Shown here: one piece after another, positions 28,501-38,200 of the stretch
Layout: each line of letters starts with the position of its first letter
Numbering within the stretch: the first letter of the stretch is position 1
Assembly: GCA_025774605.1 (NCBI GenBank)
Contig: JALGVR010000002.1
Coordinates: 2,522 to 66,521 of the forward strand
DNA from: a bacterium
GTDB lineage: Bacteria; Electryoneota; AABM5-125-24; Hatepunaeales; Hatepunaeaceae
Length of the DNA: 64,000 nucleotides
Direction: 5' to 3'
Position numbers and translations under genes: made by a program
The notes under the pieces: generated by a model
The model's input: the letters and a program-made list of their open reading frames with translations, nothing else
Database searches by the model: none
Told to the model about the DNA's origin: nothing

Positions 28501-31237
28501 CGATGTTGCTGTCCGGGTCGTTCGCGTAAGCCGTCAGACCGATGTCCTCATCATCTTCGAGGACGACGTGACCGACGCAGAGACCGGCGGGTGTAAACAC
28601 TCCAATCTCGTCGCCTTCCGAGAGATCCACTTCACCACCGTCATCCGGCAGTTGCAGGTAGGCGCGCTGCACGATGATCGCATGGGATCCCGGTGTTGGA
28701 TAGTGCAGGAAGTATTCCTCGGAATCCGATCCGATGCCGCGCACCGGGAACTGGATTATATCATCGTTCGGATCGTCGGAAACGATGGTGAACATGGCAT
28801 CATACCGGATAGCTTCATCCGGATCAAACGTCAGTGTCAAATTGTAGGTTTCATCCTGCGGAATGACAACCTCGCGTTCGAAATCGGAGCTGAACGCATC
28901 GCTGCCGGCATGATTCACCGCTGTAACCCTCAACTCACCACCGCCGACGTTGCTGATGCCGAGAACGAATTCGAACGGTCCGTTGGGCCAACCGTTTTCG
29001 TTGACATGCTGAACGCCGAAGAAATAGTTGTTGACGCTGAGATCTATATCAGGCTCAATGACCTCTTCAACACCGTAGCCGTCCACGTCGATGTAGATAA
29101 CCGGGTCGTCCGGATCGTTGGAGCGCAGTGTCAGGCGACCGACGAAATGCTCCTCGGCATCGGGTGCGAAACGCACTGTGATAGTGTCGCGCTCGGCCTG
29201 CGCCAGTGTAAATTCGCCACCCTGGTAATCGACAAATGTAAAGACGTTCAGATCTGAGGTGATCGAGCTTACAACCAGTTCACCGGGGCCTCGATTTTCA
29301 ACGACGAAATCCCAGTCCTCGGTCATCTCGTCGTCATAATCAACCTGGCCGAAGTGGTTAACATAACCGGAGAGCCAGATGTGCGGTTGAGGCTCGCCCA
29401 CTTCAGCAGCGAGGTTCAAGCGAGTCACACCATGTGGCGTGAAGACCTCCGGACCGTTCAGATATTCCGGTTCAGCCCAGGCTTCGACCTCGGCATCCGC
29501 ATCCCACACCATGAACGAAAGCGCCTCATCCGCCACGAAGCCGTTAATTATATTATCTTCGGGATCGTCGTCACCCCAGGCGGTCAGACCGGTGCGACCG
29601 TCATCGTCGACCTCTCCGGCGCCGGCACACATGCCCGCCGGCGTGAAGACACCGACCTCGTCGCCCGCGACCAGATCTTCACCTTCGAGGGTGGATTCAA
29701 CTACCAGCAGCGAGTGACTGACATCCGCGGCGGTCGGGAAGTAGGAGAAATGACCTTCCATCGCCTCCATACCCTGGCCACCGAGATAGCAGACGCTGTA
29801 ATCCTCAATCTCGGGATCGTTGCTGAAAATGTGCAGTTCTCCGTCATAAAAGGCTTCAGCAGTGGGTGTGAAGTCAACGTCGATATTATACCTGTCGCCC
29901 GGACGAATGCGCAGCGAATCAATGTTGAAGGCGACCGTGAAAGCCTCTTCAGTGCTTTCGATGCCATAGATAATCAGGTCTTCGCCGCCCTCGTTCGAGA
30001 CGTTTATGCGCCATTCCGCCGTCTCATCAATCAGGACACGGCCGAAGAAGTGCTGTGGAGAATGAACAAGTACAGGATTACCTTCCGCCTGCCCCTGACC
30101 GATCAGGTGCACGAACATGTTCCCGTCCTCGTCGGCGTTGGTAGCGTTGGAATGGATAGTCATCATCGCATCGTAGTCCCTGTCTTCGTCGGGTGCAAAT
30201 GTCACCACACACAGGATAAAGTCGTCCTCCTCGCCTTCCGGATCGAGAGTTATATCGCCCTGTGCCAACTGTTCGTCCAGCGATGTCGTGAACGCGTCGT
30301 CATCGATGCTGATGTCATCAATGACCAGTGACTCCTCGCCAATGCTGTAAATAAAGAAATTGTTCCAATCACGGTCGTGGTTGACCACGACAAGCCCGAA
30401 GTCATGCTCGTCGGCGGACAGATCAATGCGCGGGCTGGGCGGCTGTGAGATCCCGTGAAGTGTGACGACGAAATCCTCTTCGTCAGGACTGTTCCAGACG
30501 ATAGTCAGGGTTCCATCGAAGTCACCTTCCTGGTCAGGATCGAACGTGGCGGTCAAGTCAACGGACTGATCGGGCTCGATGGTTATTTCGTTTTCAAAGC
30601 TTGAGCCGAAGACATCACCTTCGATCACAACATCCGAGATAATGAGATCGGCGTGCCCGATATTGGTGACCGTGATCTGCTCTTCAGCGGGATCATCGTC
30701 AACCTGGACATTCCCGAAATCAACATGTTCAGGATCGACCTGGATCTCGGGAAACTCCTCTCTTACCGCGGCAATGCTGCAGATGAGGAACCCGTTTCTC
30801 TCGAAGATTGGATCACCCACCTGGGGATCGACCTCGGCAAGCCATTCAGAATCCTCGTTCTCGTCCCAGACGCGGAAGACCATATCCTCGTCTATATTCT
30901 CGCGGAAACCGTTGATGCCGCCTTCTTCGTCGTCGTTGTCCGGATCGTCGTCCGGAACAACCGATATACCCAGCTGGGTATTGAGATCTTCAGGATCCCA
31001 GGCAACTTCCACCACCGACGCGCCGACGCATAGACCAGCCTCGGTGAAGACGCCGATTTCATCGCCTTCCACGAGCTGTTCATCGTCCAGTGTTCGACTG
31101 CGCACGATGACACTCATGTCGCCGGGATGCCAGTCGGGTGGATCAAAATGCTGGAGTTCCTGAGCGAACAAGTCGGGCGTTGTAAGGATGAAAACGACCA
31201 ACAAAAGTGATAAAACAAACAAACTACGGTGATTCAT
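25547..31237 (-). CDS. giant hyper-acidic secreted protein with T9SS C-terminal sorting domain and cadherin-like / repeated Cys-containing modules
   Basis: 1896 aa. Signal peptide MNHRSLFVLSLLLVVFILTTPDLFA. C-terminus FPNPFNAKTTVRFGLP...VYIIKLE is a T9SS type-A sorting domain. Very high D+E content. Four copies of a module of about 150 aa with an invariant Cys (GDEIGVFTxAGLCVG ... GFxxGExxxFxVWD). VNDPPT and INHAPEV motifs are typical of cadherin-like / VCBS repeats. Confidence 0.8.
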   Translation of the reverse strand: MNHRSLFVLSLLLVVFILTTPDLFAQELQHFDPPDWHPGDMSVIVRSRTLDDEQLVEGDEIGVFTEAGLCVGASVVEVAWDPEDLNTQLGISVVPDDDPDNDDEEGGINGFRENIDEDMVFRVWDENEDSEWLAEVDPQVGDPIFERNGFLICSIAAVREEFPEIQVDPEHVDFGNVQVDDDPAEEQITVTNIGHADLIISDVVIEGDVFGSSFENEITIEPDQSVDLTATFDPDQEGDFDGTLTIVWNSPDEEDFVVTLHGISQPPSPRIDLSADEHDFGLVVVNHDRDWNNFFIYSIGEESLVIDDISIDDDAFTTSLDEQLAQGDITLDPEGEEDDFILCVVTFAPDEDRDYDAMMTIHSNATNADEDGNMFVHLIGQGQAEGNPVLVHSPQHFFGRVLIDETAEWRINVSNEGGEDLIIYGIESTEEAFTVAFNIDSLRIRPGDRYNIDVDFTPTAEAFYDGELHIFSNDPEIEDYSVCYLGGQGMEAMEGHFSYFPTAADVSHSLLVVESTLEGEDLVAGDEVGVFTPAGMCAGAGEVDDDGRTGLTAWGDDDPEDNIINGFVADEALSFMVWDADAEVEAWAEPEYLNGPEVFTPHGVTRLNLAAEVGEPQPHIWLSGYVNHFGQVDYDDEMTEDWDFVVENRGPGELVVSSITSDLNVFTFVDYQGGEFTLAQAERDTITVRFAPDAEEHFVGRLTLRSNDPDDPVIYIDVDGYGVEEVIEPDIDLSVNNYFFGVQHVNENGWPNGPFEFVLGISNVGGGELRVTAVNHAGSDAFSSDFEREVVIPQDETYNLTLTFDPDEAIRYDAMFTIVSDDPNDDIIQFPVRGIGSDSEEYFLHYPTPGSHAIIVQRAYLQLPDDGGEVDLSEGDEIGVFTPAGLCVGHVVLEDDEDIGLTAYANDPDSNIDDGFIAGSEMTFKFWDWTLGEVLEPVTIEWVAGPEVFEVDGETTVELSAEIEELERQVGVTTGLEDDEGNDLGYWDFGPVHVDDAVVHTIHIFNSGGQTLVINNVEPNHETLECDWDQEEVSLEAGQGFDLNVTFTPAAGLAYADDQIIVHSNDPDEPEFGIYMTGTGSEAEGHYDYYQGPADQSHSILVTLTMSGERASLYDEVGVFNGTGICCGSRAIEDPAQLLGVPAFGDDGGSDFLVEGFHSGEDIYFHIWDHSQGNEYIWEGEDGEVEVEVVAGQLRWVEGGLTRVNINVPDVFFIRPVDNMEVDEGDLVEFDLELVNPPVENMELEFANPDLIDGLGDWTLEDGTFSWETDPYESGRDDPYELQFRAYDPDDEDVADLATVIVLVNDINHAPEVVTEVRDQIFAWDEENEVWTFTVDEDADWVMVIPDLREFFTDPDGDELTQFWWDQVGGVGQEIRDPDEDDPYSYWIRVTEPEWNGRIEGLALTADDQRDDGRDASARILRRVDDSAGDDLMSSRSLRSISGRIPGWIPNRDLTGTFEFDLIVTPVNDPPTIVNEGGNELPDAINYAVDEDVELTFTYWGADVEDAPEDLAWAIDPADLPDGYQWADNGDGTMTFTWTPTFEDARFDEDGNPIPYEPVFTLTDTDEDTDQITAVITVGDVNRGPGVANPIDDMELPEDSDAVQVPLAEVFADPDGDPLDLSLVNPEADLGLEIIDGNLVIHPIENINSHGADPFTITVRATDPAGAAVDDEFMLSIYDLNDPPDPFALVAPDNGFRITDEVDEVTFQWEDAIPADNPWEPDAVHYLYVLKDRDMPNDSVFIPFETTEFTVTKQELLDSLGLEEYQIEKVLEWYVLAVDDSMAAVMASNAPFVLNVSLGVEDQFGPNIPNVYFLTPSFPNPFNAKTTVRFGLPTPGATSVTVWDMHGRKVADLTSGYHSAGRFSVMWDAQDATSGVYIIKLESGNFKAMQKAILLR

Positions 31238-31680
31238 AAATTCCTCCGTTTACTTTCGGCGGTCAGGCGCCAATTGCATCGGGCGGGCTGAAGTCGAGGA
31301 CGAACTGCCGAACCTGCAGAAGTAGTGCGATGTCTGTGCCCGAAAGAACCATCATTTGAGCTTTGTAGTACAATATTAACCTTGACAGCCGGAGGCACAA
31401 CCCTTATTTGTGAAGATTGCGGTTAAGTTAAACAGGTTTATCCTTATTGTCAAGTATAATTTTACGACTGTTGATAAACTTCCCTGAAACCCTGTAAATG
31501 AATATGTTGAAACCGTCCCGCTAAACAGTTGACCTGTATCACATCTAATTTCCGAAAACCTGCACAATTGCTCAGTATAAAAATAAAACCACGCCGGAAT
31601 TACAGGAATAATAATCGCTTAACTATTAAATATGGAAATGTTGACGTTTGTTATACTCAGGTTTCGCAGTTATATAAATC
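31238..31680 (-). promoter_or_regulatory. AT-rich 5' region upstream of the 1896-aa gene (probable promoter/leader)
   Basis: GC falls to roughly 40% over about 440 bp against about 60% flanking. Several TTGACA/TATAAT-like hexamers (ttgacagcc, ttgacctgta, tatactcag). Not mapped. Confidence 0.3.
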
Positions 31681-31686
31681 AGCCAC

Positions 31687-31846
31687 GGATCGTCATCCCC
31701 GCGTACGGATCGGTAACGGATCGTCATCCCCGCGTACGGATCGGTAACGGATTGTCATTCCCGCGTACGGATCGGTAACGGATCGTCATCCCCGCGTACG
31801 GATCGGTAACGGATCGTCATTCCCGCGCAGGCGGGAATCCAGAATA
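31687..31846. repeat. 31-bp tandem repeat (4 units) capped by a complete palindrome
   Basis: Unit ggatcgtcatccccgcgtacggatcggtaac repeated head-to-tail 4 times (31687, 31718, 31749 with 2 substitutions, 31780). A fifth unit is completed into the hairpin gtcattcccgc-gcag-gcgggaatccagaat (31811-31846). No unique spacers, so not CRISPR. Confidence 0.8.
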
Positions 31847-31980
31847 AAAGTTTAATTCTTATCAACCCAAGCAATTACGAGCTTCCCGATTTTCACCTGT
31901 TCTTTCAAGTAAATATTCGAACAGAGTGTCATTTCGTCTATAGATGTCCTCACCAGTGTAAAGATCAGAAAAACACTCAA

Positions 31981-32232
31981 CCTGGATTCCTGCCTGCGCA
32001 GGAATGACAGGGTAAGATACAATCATGAATTCCCGCCTGCCAGTGTGTCCGGGAATGAGAAAAACGCACCAAACATCATCATTCCATCGAAAGATGGAAT
32101 CCAGTAACACACGCAATATCAGTTACTTCACTGGATTCCAACCCCCGCGTCCGCGAGGGCATGCTTCCGTTGGAATGATGAATCCCAAGACAATTTGCTG
32201 TTCTCAGACAGGCTGCTGCGCAGGAATGACAG
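31981..32232. repeat. cluster of REP-like hairpin units of the same family
   Basis: Units at 31981-32010 (reverse orientation, complete), 32027-32058 (attcccgcctgcc-agtgtgt-ccgggaat, paralogous to 25072-25105), 32076-32104 (tcatcattccatc-gaaa-gatggaatccag), 32131-32186 (same unit with a 26-nt loop insertion) and 32211-32232 (truncated). Confidence 0.7.
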
Positions 32233-32291
32233 GACTTGGAACCAACCGCGAAACTTCAGTTGTTTTATTAATCAGATCAACCAAAGGAGTT

Positions 32292-35200
32292 TCATCGCAA
32301 CAGAACAAGCTTGGCGGTTATCCGTCCGGTCCCTGCGGAGAGTTCAGCCAGATAAACAGAACTCGGCAGACCGGATGCATCAACATCCAGCCTGTGCCAG
32401 CCCGCGCCAAGATGTTCGACCGCGCTTCTGAAGACAATCCTGCCGTTGACATCATGCAGTGTCAGTGATACATCGCACGCTTCCGGCAGTCCGAAATTAA
32501 AGCTCGTACGGCTGTTAAACGGATTCGGATAGACCGAGCCCAGTGTAAATTCGGTCGGAAGCCGACCATCGGGCAAGTTCAGCTTCAGAACGGTGATGGC
32601 GTCCGGTCGATAGACCATATCACCCGCCGCGAGCCCGGTCGAACAGATCTCCCTGTTTCCTCCGGCATAAACCGCCACACTCAGGCGGTCGCCATCGCGT
32701 GCCCCGTCGATGTAATCGGTCGTTTCGTCATCCCCGCGCACCACAACGCCGACAGGACAAGTCACCCCAGCCTCCGAGCGTCCAACCTCAATGCCGTCGT
32801 TACCCGCGTAGACAATCACCTCAAGCTTGTCATCAGCGAAATAGTGTTGAGGATCGATCACCAGCAGGCTCATGTCCGATCCGGTCGACGCGGTCAAGAT
32901 TCGGCTCTCCCGGCCCGGTATGGCGGCGGCGAGTTCACGGTCGTCGCCCGGGTTGTAGATCAATTCAGCGGCGGCGCGCATCAGCAGCTTATAGCCTTTA
33001 CCCGGCGTTAAGTCCCCGAGTCCGTTGTAGCCGTATTCCGGCGCGTAGAATGCACCGTGCCCATTCTTGATGATCACCAGGTCGTCCGCGATGCCGGTAA
33101 GAGCGACCTGGCAGTTGACGGGGTGGTCGAGCAGATAGCTGACCATACTCCAACCGGCATCGAGCTCAATCGGCGTATCAGGCGGTATCTGGTTACCGAC
33201 GACATCAAATCGTGAAGCCTGCCGAACATTGATCAGGTAGGCGCTCAGAACATCCCAGTCGTCGAGCCCGTTGTAGTTGAAGCGGGGCCACCAGAAATCT
33301 CCGTTGGCATCCTTGACGATGACCAGGTTCCCGTCCTGGTTGACAGCGCCCAGAAGCGCGGTAATATCGGGATCGAACGGATCGACGTACGTTGAGACAA
33401 GGTTCCAGCCGCTCCTGAGGGATATGGTTTGTTCTTCAGGTATAGTGACGGTCAACCTGACCACGGCTTCGGTCCCGATGCGGAAGATGGCGGCGCCTTC
33501 GATGAATTCCGCTTCGGGTGTGCTCTCTTCGCCCGTATCGGCGTCCCATATCCTGAAATCGAATTCCTCTCCCATGCGAAAACCGCTGTCGGACCAGTAG
33601 GCGATCAGTTCACCGGGAGGCTGTGTCCAGCGCATGGCACCGCCGACGTCGCCGCGGGGCGTGAGAACGGCGATCTCGCTGCTGATCGGTAAAGCTTCGC
33701 CGTCCAAGTCCACCGACGCGATCTCCAGTGTCATGAACAGTTCCGACTGTTCGGGATCATCGAAGTGCCTCATCCCCTCGACGATCTCCAGCTCCAGGTC
33801 GACAGCCACCTGGCTGGCGCCGAAGGCCGAGATGTTCAACACCGCGGTGTAATCGTCCCCCTCATGCGCATCTTCAGGTACCCGCAATGTCAGGGAGATC
33901 TGCTCGGAATCGTCAGGGGCGATCTCGCCCGAGATCGGATCAACATGCAGCCAGCCCACTCGTTCGTCAATCTCCAGACCAACCAGTCGCTGGGGGTCGG
34001 CTCCGACAATCCCACCCATGACCCACAGATCCCCGTCCCAACTCCCGGTAATGAAACAGCCCTGCGGAGCTCCATCCATCAGGTGAACCTGTTCGATTTC
34101 ATCCCGGTACGGATTGGCCCGGTAAACGCCGGTTCGACCGTCATCTTCGAGATTCAATGCATACAACGGCATGTCATCGCGATCGCCGGGATACCAGGCA
34201 AGCCCGTAAACGCCGGATAAACCGTGGTCAAACCACTCGTACAGAACCTCAGAGTCACGGTCGACCAGATACCAGGCCTCACCCCACTCGGTCGCCCAGA
34301 ACGCATCGGCTTCCGGGTCGTAAGCCAGAGCGCGGTTCAACGCCAGTGGAGCGCCCTCGAACCGGCCGACGCCGTTCCCGTCCAGATCGAACGAACAGAT
34401 ATCGCCGTCCTGCGAACCGTAGAGGAGAGAGCCGTCCCAGGCCAGGTCGCGCAGCCCCCAGCCGACCTGTTCAAACGGCTGGTTGAATATGCTTATCGCA
34501 TTGCCGTCACGGTCGAGCACAACCACCGCGGCCGACCTGTGCGGATCACCCGAAGTCACGAAGAACCTGTCCCCCGCAAACTCGGCGCCCACTATCCGCT
34601 CCAAACCGGTGATCTCCGTCAGGTTGAAGTCGAACAGCGTGTCCCAGGGGTCGTCCCGCGCCGGTGTCAGCCGTTGACCTGTGCCGCGCAGGAGACGATC
34701 ATCTCCGGCGTCGCGCATCCCACCCGTCGAGGCTTCCAACCTGACAAGGTAAGGCTGCGGCTCATCGCCCGTGTTCGACAGCGTGACGTTCAGATCCAGA
34801 CCGTCACCGCCTCCAAGCACGTAACCGAATTGATCCGCGTCGACATCAAGCCGCGGGTGATAGATCTCAAGATGGAGTTCTCGATTTTCCGCCGGTTCAA
34901 GCGCAACCTGGATATTGACGCCCCGATATCCGGGCTTGGAGGCTATGACCGTGTACTCACCGGGCAAGATACCAGTCAGGTTGAAATTCCCGTTGTCGTC
35001 CGTCAGGCCGGATGTCCCGCCGCATGTGACCCGGGCTTCCGAAACAGGCGCACCATCCTGGTCCGTGACCGTTCCCAGCGCTGAGGCATAATCAGGTACG
35101 CGGCAACCCCAGAGCGCGAGATCGTCAATGTACCAGCCGGCATACCAACTGATACTCGGATCGGAGGCAAACCACCATCTCAGTCGGATCGTACTGTTCC

Positions 35201-38200
35201 TGTACTGAGACAGATCGAAGGAAACCAGCTCCCAGTCGTCGGTTGCGCCCGTGAAGCCCGGCGTGTTCCTTAAGCCTGCAACAGACTGGTCAGGGTAACC
35301 TCCATCCGGCTCCAGCAGCCGCCATTCACCGTCATCGACCGAGATCAGCACCTGACCTCCGTCGTGACCGGCTTCGGTGGCGTAATACTGGTAGAAATCA
35401 AGCCGGGCGGCATCCGTTTCAACCCTGAATTCGGTCAGGGTGGTCAGAAGCCAGTCGGCGTCATCCTCGTAATGTCCCTCGAACGGTCTGGTCGCCCAGT
35501 AATATGATCCGGAATGTGCGCCGCGGGGTCCGTGGAGTGCATTTCTACTCCACTCCCAGCCGTCAAAGCGCGGTTCCGCCTCCACGATGTCATCCTCATT
35601 GCGTTCAAAGCCGTATAATGCGGACACACCCAGCGGCGCGGTGAAATCAAGCGGCCGCGACATGTTCGGCACTTCATCGAACGCGATCAGGCGGAAGTTG
35701 TACCATCCCTCCCCGCCTTCCTCGATTTCGCCGCTCCAACTGTTGTTCTCGCCGTCGACAACCGCCGCCAGCCGATCGCTCATAAATACCTGAACGCCCG
35801 CGAAGTCCACGCAATCGCTGCCGTCCTCGTTGAGCAGGGGAAAATCCCAACTTAAAACGAAGCGGTTGCCGTCGTTCAGTATCCACCAGTTACCCGGCGG
35901 CATCGGCGGCATGTTGGCAACACCGGCAGCCTCCGCATCTCCGAGCTCTTCGCCGGTCTCGTAAACCGCCTCGACGCGGTATATGTATTCCTCGTTCTCA
36001 TGATCGCTGCCGACATCATGCTGCCAGAATGGCTCATGGATTTCCTCATCGATAAGTTGATCGTCGACATAGATCTGATAGTGAAGAAACAGATCGCGGC
36101 GCGGTGACCGGATCCGCTCGAAGATCGTTCGCCAGTCAAAAGGATCTCCGGTCATGACGGCCGTTGGTGCGGCGGGGTTAACCAGCCTGACTGAGCTGAA
36201 ATCCGCGCCTGCGGGTTGTACGGCGCGCGCAATGCGGGAGCCCGAAGGCGACAACCGCTGTTCCTCGCCTGCAAAATGGTTCCAAATCACCATCCTCACC
36301 ATCATATCGCCGGGGAACTCGTTGTATTCGAACCAGTTGTCGTCGATACGCAGGAAACAGGTGCCCTCGTGGTCGAAGCTTTGATCCAGACCACCGATCT
36401 CCTCATCGCGATACATGCGGCTGGGATCTCGATCCCAGCCGAAATATATGGGACCGTCCAGGAATCGTTTATCGTCGATTTCTATGGTCGTCCAGCCGTC
36501 GTCAACATTCCATCCGAAGTGCTCATCCACCCATTCGTCGATGATCAGATCTCCCGGCATGCCGTTATCCGGATTCTCTGCGAACACCTTGAAAAACAGG
36601 GCGTTGTTCCCGTTCTCGTCCAGACCGAATCGCTGCTGGTCGTCCCGCGTGAGGATGTAGATGCTGAGGGAGAGTATATCATAAACGCCCGGCGGGTCGA
36701 AGCGCGTCGCGATGATGTCGGACCGGTTGATCATGTACGCACCGCCGGCCAGCGCACCGTCGTCATAATGCAGTTCGTTCATTTCGCCGTTGCTTCCCGC
36801 CGGCAGCCAGAAGACGTCGATATGATCGTCATAATTCCCGTCGGTTCTGATCGAACGAACGCCCATTCGGTCATCCATCCGGAAGTCGCGGTCGATAACG
36901 TCATCATCTCCGACCTCGATCCCCTCGGCAGGGTCGGCACGCCAGCCGTCCAACCGAGCCACAACGTCATAGACGCCAACCGGCAGATCGAGCGAATACT
37001 CACCGTTCTCGTCGGTGGTGTCGAGAGCGAAGAAATTGTCATCGTCGTCGCTGATCGCCGCGATTTCGACGCCCGCCATGGTCGTATCATCATAGACGGA
37101 TGTTACGGTCCCGTGAATCGTACCCGACTGCAGGGGCGACAGGCTGAAATCGTGCTGGGTGATGCCATCCGGTTCGAGTTGAATGTCCGCGCTGTAATCC
37201 TGAAATCCCTCCAGTCTTGCTTCAAGCGTATATTCACCGGGATAAAGGCCGTCAGCGAAATTATATAATCCATCCGCGTCCGGATTTACAGACTGATCGT
37301 CAAGAGTAAGCTCCACCTGTGTCACATCACCCTCGCCCTCAAGCGAAACCGTGCCACTCAGGAATCCCGCGCCGCCGTTGACCATCAGAAAGCATCGAAC
37401 CTCAGCCACCGCATCGGCCCGGAGATCGTGAACCTCAATATCCGCTTGGAGGTCGATGTCCACATATCCGTGTGAATTGAAGGTCAACGTCAGCGGCTGC
37501 CCGGCGTTGCCGGCGATCTCGCCGAAGCTGTGATCGACGGTCAGCCAGGCGTCGATGGGCTGCAGTTCATAGAGCTTGACAATGTCCCGTTCAGGTTCCT
37601 GGATCACCACCCCGAGGACATAACGGTGCGTGTCGTACAGCGGTGAGACGAAAGCTCCGCCCGGAAAGCCTTCACCCTCGGCAACGGTTTCGATCTGTCG
37701 CACAAGATCACCGTTCTCCGTGTTGTAGCGGTAGATGGCGCCGCCGCCGTCCTCGGATTCCCGGTTGTGCACATAGAGGCAGGCTCCGTCCGGATCGGCT
37801 GGATTCCAGGCCATACCGACCACGCCCTCAAGATTGTGATCATCAACGATATCAACCACTTCCCCGTCGCGATTCACCTTGTACCACGAATCATCTCGAT
37901 CACCGATCCAGAAGACATCCTCCTCAGGGACATAGGCAATGGCCCGGTTGACATCCAGCAGGTCATATTCCAGATCCCACTCGCGGGTGTTGCCGTTCAC
38001 GGGGTTGATCTCATAGATACTCGGATCGTCCGAGCCGTAGATAAAGCGACCGTCATAAGCAAGATCACGCAGTCCCCAATCCTGGATCATCCAGTTGGGC
38101 ATTCCCACGTTTTCGATATATTGTCCGTCGCGATGGAAATAGTACAGGTTACAGGCTCCGGCCGTGAAATCGCCGGCGGAGGCGACAAGCCTGTAACCGG

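Noticed and set aside
27728-29257. Long plus-strand ORFs inside the giant minus-strand genes (27728-29257, 29354-30331, 34224-35084, 36216-37268, 37767-38987)
   Set aside because: All lie antisense within strongly supported minus-strand CDSs. They lack signal or domain features and are rich in R/H/V. High GC suppresses stop codons on the opposite strand.
31687-31846. Possible CRISPR array
   Set aside because: The 31-bp units abut each other with no unique spacers. The unit is related to the dispersed hairpin repeats, and no cas genes are nearby.
31862-32468. Small ORFs 31862-32116 (minus) and 32025-32468 (plus) in the repeat-rich intergenic region
   Set aside because: They are composed largely of the hairpin repeat units read in arbitrary frames. 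They overlap each other and show no coding-like features.
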